Below are positions 60,596 to 64,000 of a DNA stretch of 64,000 nt, piece after piece. The DNA is from Gemmatimonadaceae bacterium (GTDB lineage: Bacteria; Gemmatimonadota; Gemmatimonadetes; Gemmatimonadales; Gemmatimonadaceae), in contig JBGAJQ010000011.1 in NCBI GenBank assembly GCA_044224875.1, positions 44,089 to 108,088 of the forward strand. The letters run 5' to 3'. A program made the position numbers and the translations under genes. Positions within the stretch are counted from its first letter, which is position 1; the number at the start of each line of letters is the position of its first letter. The notes below the pieces were generated by a model, which saw nothing but the letters and a program-made list of their open reading frames with translations, was not told where the DNA came from and searched no databases.

Positions 60596-63022
60596 TCAGT
60601 CGGCCACCAGCGCCTCGAGCGGCGCTATTCTCGTCGCTCTGCGCGCCGGCAACCAGCACCCGAGCCACGCCGCCGTCAGCAGCACCACGAACACCGACCC
60701 GAACACAATCGGATCATACGGCGCGACGCCGAACAACACCGACCTCAATGCCAGCGCGGCGGGGAGCGCTAGCAGCACGCCGGCCCCCAGTCCCAACGAA
60801 GTCTGCGTCATTCCCTGCGTGAGCACGAGACGCACGATATCGCGCCGCTGGCCACCGACTGCCATCCGCACGCCGATCTCGCGCGTGCGCTGGATGACCC
60901 AGAACGCCATGACGCCGTACAGTCCAATCGCCGCGAGGAGAAGCGCGATCCCACCACTCACCGCGAACAGGATACTGAGCCACGTCTGTTGCGAGTTCGC
61001 CGATGCCACAACGTCGGCGAGCGGTTCGACGGCATAGAGCGCCACGTCGCGATCGAGTGCCGTGATCGTCTCGCGAATTGGCGTGGGCAACGTGGAGAAC
61101 GCGGCCCGCGGACGCACGAACATCGTGATCATGGACTGCGGATGCTGCGCCAGCGGCATGTACACCGCCTCTGGCGTCTCACCCTCGAGACCTCCCTCCA
61201 TCAACCCCGACGTCACGCCAACAATCGTCAGCCACAGGGAATCACCGTTCATGCCGACCGTCTGGATGCGCCGATCGATTGCGCCTGACGGGAAGTAGCG
61301 CTTGGCAAAGGCATCATTCACGACCGCCACAGCGGGCGCGCCGTCGCGGTCACGCGAATCGAAATTGCGGCCGGCAAGCATTCGGGCGCGGAATACCTGA
61401 AAATAACTCGGCGTCACAATGATCGACCGCGTCGAGGACAAGGGTGCCGCGTTAGGTGGAACATCGGCCGTACCCTCGGCACGGAACCGCACAACGTCTG
61501 CTGACCCGATGCCAGGAATACCAGTAGACAACGCCACGCCGGCGACGAGCGGCAGGCTGCCTAACGCCTCCTGCAATTGGTCCGCGAATCTGGTTTTGGC
61601 CGCCGCGTTCTCGTGTCCCGTCTCCGGGAGCGCGACGTAGGCGTGGTACACCTCCTTCGGGTCGAACGCGAAATCGACTCGCGCGACCTTGGCGCCGCTC
61701 CGGATGAACAGGCCCGCGAGCACCAGCAGCATGAACGAGAGGGCGATCTCGACGCCAACCAGCCGCCGCATGACACGGCCGAGGTGGAAGCTCGAACTCC
61801 CGCGCGCATCGGACTTGAGCAGTTCGTGCGTATTCGCACGCGATGCCTGGATCGCCGGCATGAGCCCCGCCATGACCGTGGCCAACATGGACGCCAGCGC
61901 GATAAATCCGAGCACGGGCCAATCGACGCGGAACGCGATCCAGTAGGGCAGGTCATTCGGCGCGATCGCCGTGATGAGCCGCGTTCCAATCAGCGCGATG
62001 ACGGTACCTCCGACGGCACCGCCGATCGCGAGCACTGCCATTTCCGCGAGCAGTTGCGTCGTGATGCGCGCACGCGAAGCTCCAAGCGCCAGGCGCGTCG
62101 CGATTTCACGACGCCTCGCCACAGTACGCGCGAGCAGCACGTTCGCCACGTTCGAGCACGCGACGAGCAATACCATAAGCGCGATCCCGAGGAGGACGAC
62201 GGCCAGCACGACGGCGCGACTCCCGCCGCCGAACAGGTCCGTAAACCGAAAGACGTTCACGATCGAGGAAGGCCCGGCAAGCCCGCGCATTTGCTTGTCG
62301 AGGTCGCGCGTTAGGTTGGTCAGCTCGATCGCGGCGTTAGGCGGGCGCACGCCCTCCCGCAACCGCCCGACGACCCAGTTTCCTTCTGCGGGCCGCGCTA
62401 GTGCTGCGCCACCGCGAAGCGGGTCCATGTCGAGCGGCGTCCAGACGTCGTGATACCACGGGAACGCGAACCCTTCCGGCATCACTCCGATGACTTCAGC
62501 CGGACGACCATTCACGCGGACCACCAGCCCGATGGCGTCAGGAGCTCCCGAAAGTTGTTCGCGCCACAGCTTATGACTCACGAGCACGACCGCGGCCGCA
62601 CCCGGGAGCACATCCCGCTCGGTGAATGGACGGCCCATCTCTGGCGCGGTCGCCAAGACGGCAAGCATGGATGGCGTGATGGCCGCGCTGTGCACCGGCG
62701 AGGTGCTGGCTCCTTCGACCCCGAGGGTCACGGTTTTCGTCGATACCGCACCGAGCTGCTCAAACGATCGTTGCCGTGCCGACCATGTCACGAAGTCGTC
62801 GGCCGTCCTCGCCATCGGTTCGGCGCGCCTGACCATCATGACGCGGTCGCCTCCCTCCACAGGGAGCGTGGGGAGGATGCCACCGTTGATGAGGCTGAAC
62901 ATGAGGGCCGAGAGCCCGATACCGAGCGACAGGGCGATCAGGACCATCGCACTCGCGTTCGGCGTCTTGAGCAGCATGCGGAGGCCGTACCGAATGTCGG
63001 TCACGAATTGACTCATGGCCAA
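60596..63022 (-). CDS. Duplicated ABC permease (two MacB_PCD plus FtsX units, ADOP-type), no adjacent ATPase
   Basis: DIRYGLR, LLVACSNVANVLLAR, REIATRLALGA, RTREIGVRMAVG and PARRATRI.P..AL. Confidence 0.92.
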   Translation of the reverse strand: MAMSQFVTDIRYGLRMLLKTPNASAMVLIALSLGIGLSALMFSLINGGILPTLPVEGGDRVMMVRRAEPMARTADDFVTWSARQRSFEQLGAVSTKTVTLGVEGASTSPVHSAAITPSMLAVLATAPEMGRPFTERDVLPGAAAVVLVSHKLWREQLSGAPDAIGLVVRVNGRPAEVIGVMPEGFAFPWYHDVWTPLDMDPLRGGAALARPAEGNWVVGRLREGVRPPNAAIELTNLTRDLDKQMRGLAGPSSIVNVFRFTDLFGGGSRAVVLAVVLLGIALMVLLVACSNVANVLLARTVARRREIATRLALGASRARITTQLLAEMAVLAIGGAVGGTVIALIGTRLITAIAPNDLPYWIAFRVDWPVLGFIALASMLATVMAGLMPAIQASRANTHELLKSDARGSSSFHLGRVMRRLVGVEIALSFMLLVLAGLFIRSGAKVARVDFAFDPKEVYHAYVALPETGHENAAAKTRFADQLQEALGSLPLVAGVALSTGIPGIGSADVVRFRAEGTADVPPNAAPLSSTRSIIVTPSYFQVFRARMLAGRNFDSRDRDGAPAVAVVNDAFAKRYFPSGAIDRRIQTVGMNGDSLWLTIVGVTSGLMEGGLEGETPEAVYMPLAQHPQSMITMFVRPRAAFSTLPTPIRETITALDRDVALYAVEPLADVVASANSQQTWLSILFAVSGGIALLLAAIGLYGVMAFWVIQRTREIGVRMAVGGQRRDIVRLVLTQGMTQTSLGLGAGVLLALPAALALRSVLFGVAPYDPIVFGSVFVVLLTAAWLGCWLPARRATRIAPLEALVAD

Positions 63023-63308
63023 GCAAGGCGTCAGGGTTTGAATCGACTATGGACGGCGGAACAGGCACCTTACGCGCGTGAGCGATCACCTCGGCCCAAC
63101 GGGCGGCCCTCCCCAGAAGTTTCTCTGCAACCCTTGGCGAATGACGGCTCGCGCACCGCCAGTGTCGCCCTTTGCCCGACGATCAGGCTGCGGCAGGCAC
63201 AGGCACGCCGAGGTCCGACGCTGAAATCGCGTGCAGCTCCACCTAGTGGCCATCGTGCTTCTAGCCAAGCGCGTGCACTCGGCCGATCTGATCAACCTTC
63301 GTGCTGTG

Positions 63309-63988
63309 GTTAGGCGGCAACTCGACTGCGTTCCCGAATCGCGCGTTGAAGCCGTGACGCCAGCAGGATTTGCCAAAGGGCGTACGTGTATTGCGAGAGG
63401 CGCTCGGCGGTTCCCAGCCACGGAGTGGCCTGATCGCGGTCCAATGCCTTGGCATATGAGAAGGCTGGAATGGCGGAGGCGAGCATCAAGACTACAGTCG
63501 CCACTGTGTAGATCCGGAAGCGACCCGGAATAGCCGCTATCACAATCGCCAACGTCAAAAGCACGAACGGATTACTGGCCAGGATTAAGTGCATTCGGTC
63601 GGTAAATGTCCGTGGCTCGCCGCGCATGTGCATTGGGTAGACAATCCAAATGAGCAGACCAATGAGTGCACTGCCGGCAAATGCGATGGCGAGCGCGCGG
63701 AGTAACCGACTGGTGCCTGCCCCAGCCCAAATCCCCAGAGAGAAGGCGAACAAAAGCAGGCTCGATGCACTAAGCGCCATGGCGACCCACAGCCGAGTCG
63801 GTGCCCCGATGGCAAAGAGCTCGCTCACCGCTTGGCCGCGATAACTGTAGCCGGGGTAGGCCCAACTGGCGAGAAGGTCCGTACCGACGTATACCAAGGC
63901 CGCTGCGGCACCGCAGCTCAAAAGGCGACCGACGCGCGCGGTGGTGACTATCATTGCTCTGGAAGTGGATGCGAGGTTGCCGCCTAAC
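63309..63988 (-). mobile_element. Integron-cassette-like unit bounded by a 13-bp inverted repeat GTTAGGCGGCAAC
   Basis: 63309-63321 and 63976-63988 are exact reverse complements, and the gene's TAA stop lies inside GCCTAAC. Confidence 0.6.
63310..63954 (-). CDS. DUF998 family membrane protein
   Basis: YPGYSY..QAVSEL.AIGAP, PMH.R, TD.MH and G..ER. Confidence 0.82.
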   Translation of the reverse strand: MIVTTARVGRLLSCGAAAALVYVGTDLLASWAYPGYSYRGQAVSELFAIGAPTRLWVAMALSASSLLLFAFSLGIWAGAGTSRLLRALAIAFAGSALIGLLIWIVYPMHMRGEPRTFTDRMHLILASNPFVLLTLAIVIAAIPGRFRIYTVATVVLMLASAIPAFSYAKALDRDQATPWLGTAERLSQYTYALWQILLASRLQRAIRERSRVAA

Positions 63989-64000
63989 GCCCCAATGTCA

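Noticed and set aside
1663..63989. CCTAACG as a KOPS-like polar motif or a telomere-like TTAGGC repeat
   Set aside because: It occurs on both strands (roughly 21 versus 13 by eye) and is dispersed rather than tandem. Polarity cannot be judged from one window.
1..64000. Several hundred overlapping alternative-frame ORFs (e.g. 14771..15877, 20297..21445, 56696..57832)
   Set aside because: They are Arg/Pro/Ala-rich shadows of recognisable genes, expected at high GC, with no motifs of their own.
1..64000. CRISPR array, tRNA/rRNA, IS transposase, tyrosine recombinase/intI, prophage
   Set aside because: I saw no regularly spaced repeats, RNA-gene signatures or matching protein motifs.

Overview
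A GC-rich (about 65% by eye) bacterial window, probably from Gemmatimonadota. That assignment is an inference from the 'LQxALAGxYSLxRELGRGGMG' Ser/Thr kinases, the TIGR02999-type ECF sigma plus TPR-kinase pair, and the duplicated-orphan-type ABC permease. I saw no housekeeping genes, RNA genes, CRISPR array, transposase or integrase. The window is an accessory region of about 55 mostly stand-alone genes: RibD_C/DHFR-like, VOC, ArsR-SRPBCC, GNAT, RidA, TfoX, serine hydrolases, surface lipoproteins, kinases and a TPR-CHAT protease. At least five orphan gene fragments and three broken genes are interleaved among them. Main observations: (1) The non-palindromic motif (Y)RCCTAACG / CGTTAGGY is strongly over-represented. 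I counted about 34 CCTAACG copies by eye, on both strands, in several reading frames inside genes and between genes. This suggests a DNA-level signal of the uptake-sequence/Chi/HIP1 kind, and it coincides with the integron core site GTTRRRY. (2) A co-oriented minus-strand run at 56.3-64 kb looks like a decayed integron cassette array. (3) An identical bipartite promoter-like motif, GGCATGAGACG-N15-CGCGCATG, precedes both the kinase gene and the divergent surface-protein gene of an ECF-kinase locus. (4) Two paralogous 4-TM protein genes share a palindromic operator, and there are two paralogous kinase-TM-coiled-coil proteins. Product calls come from recognising motifs by eye, not from database searches.
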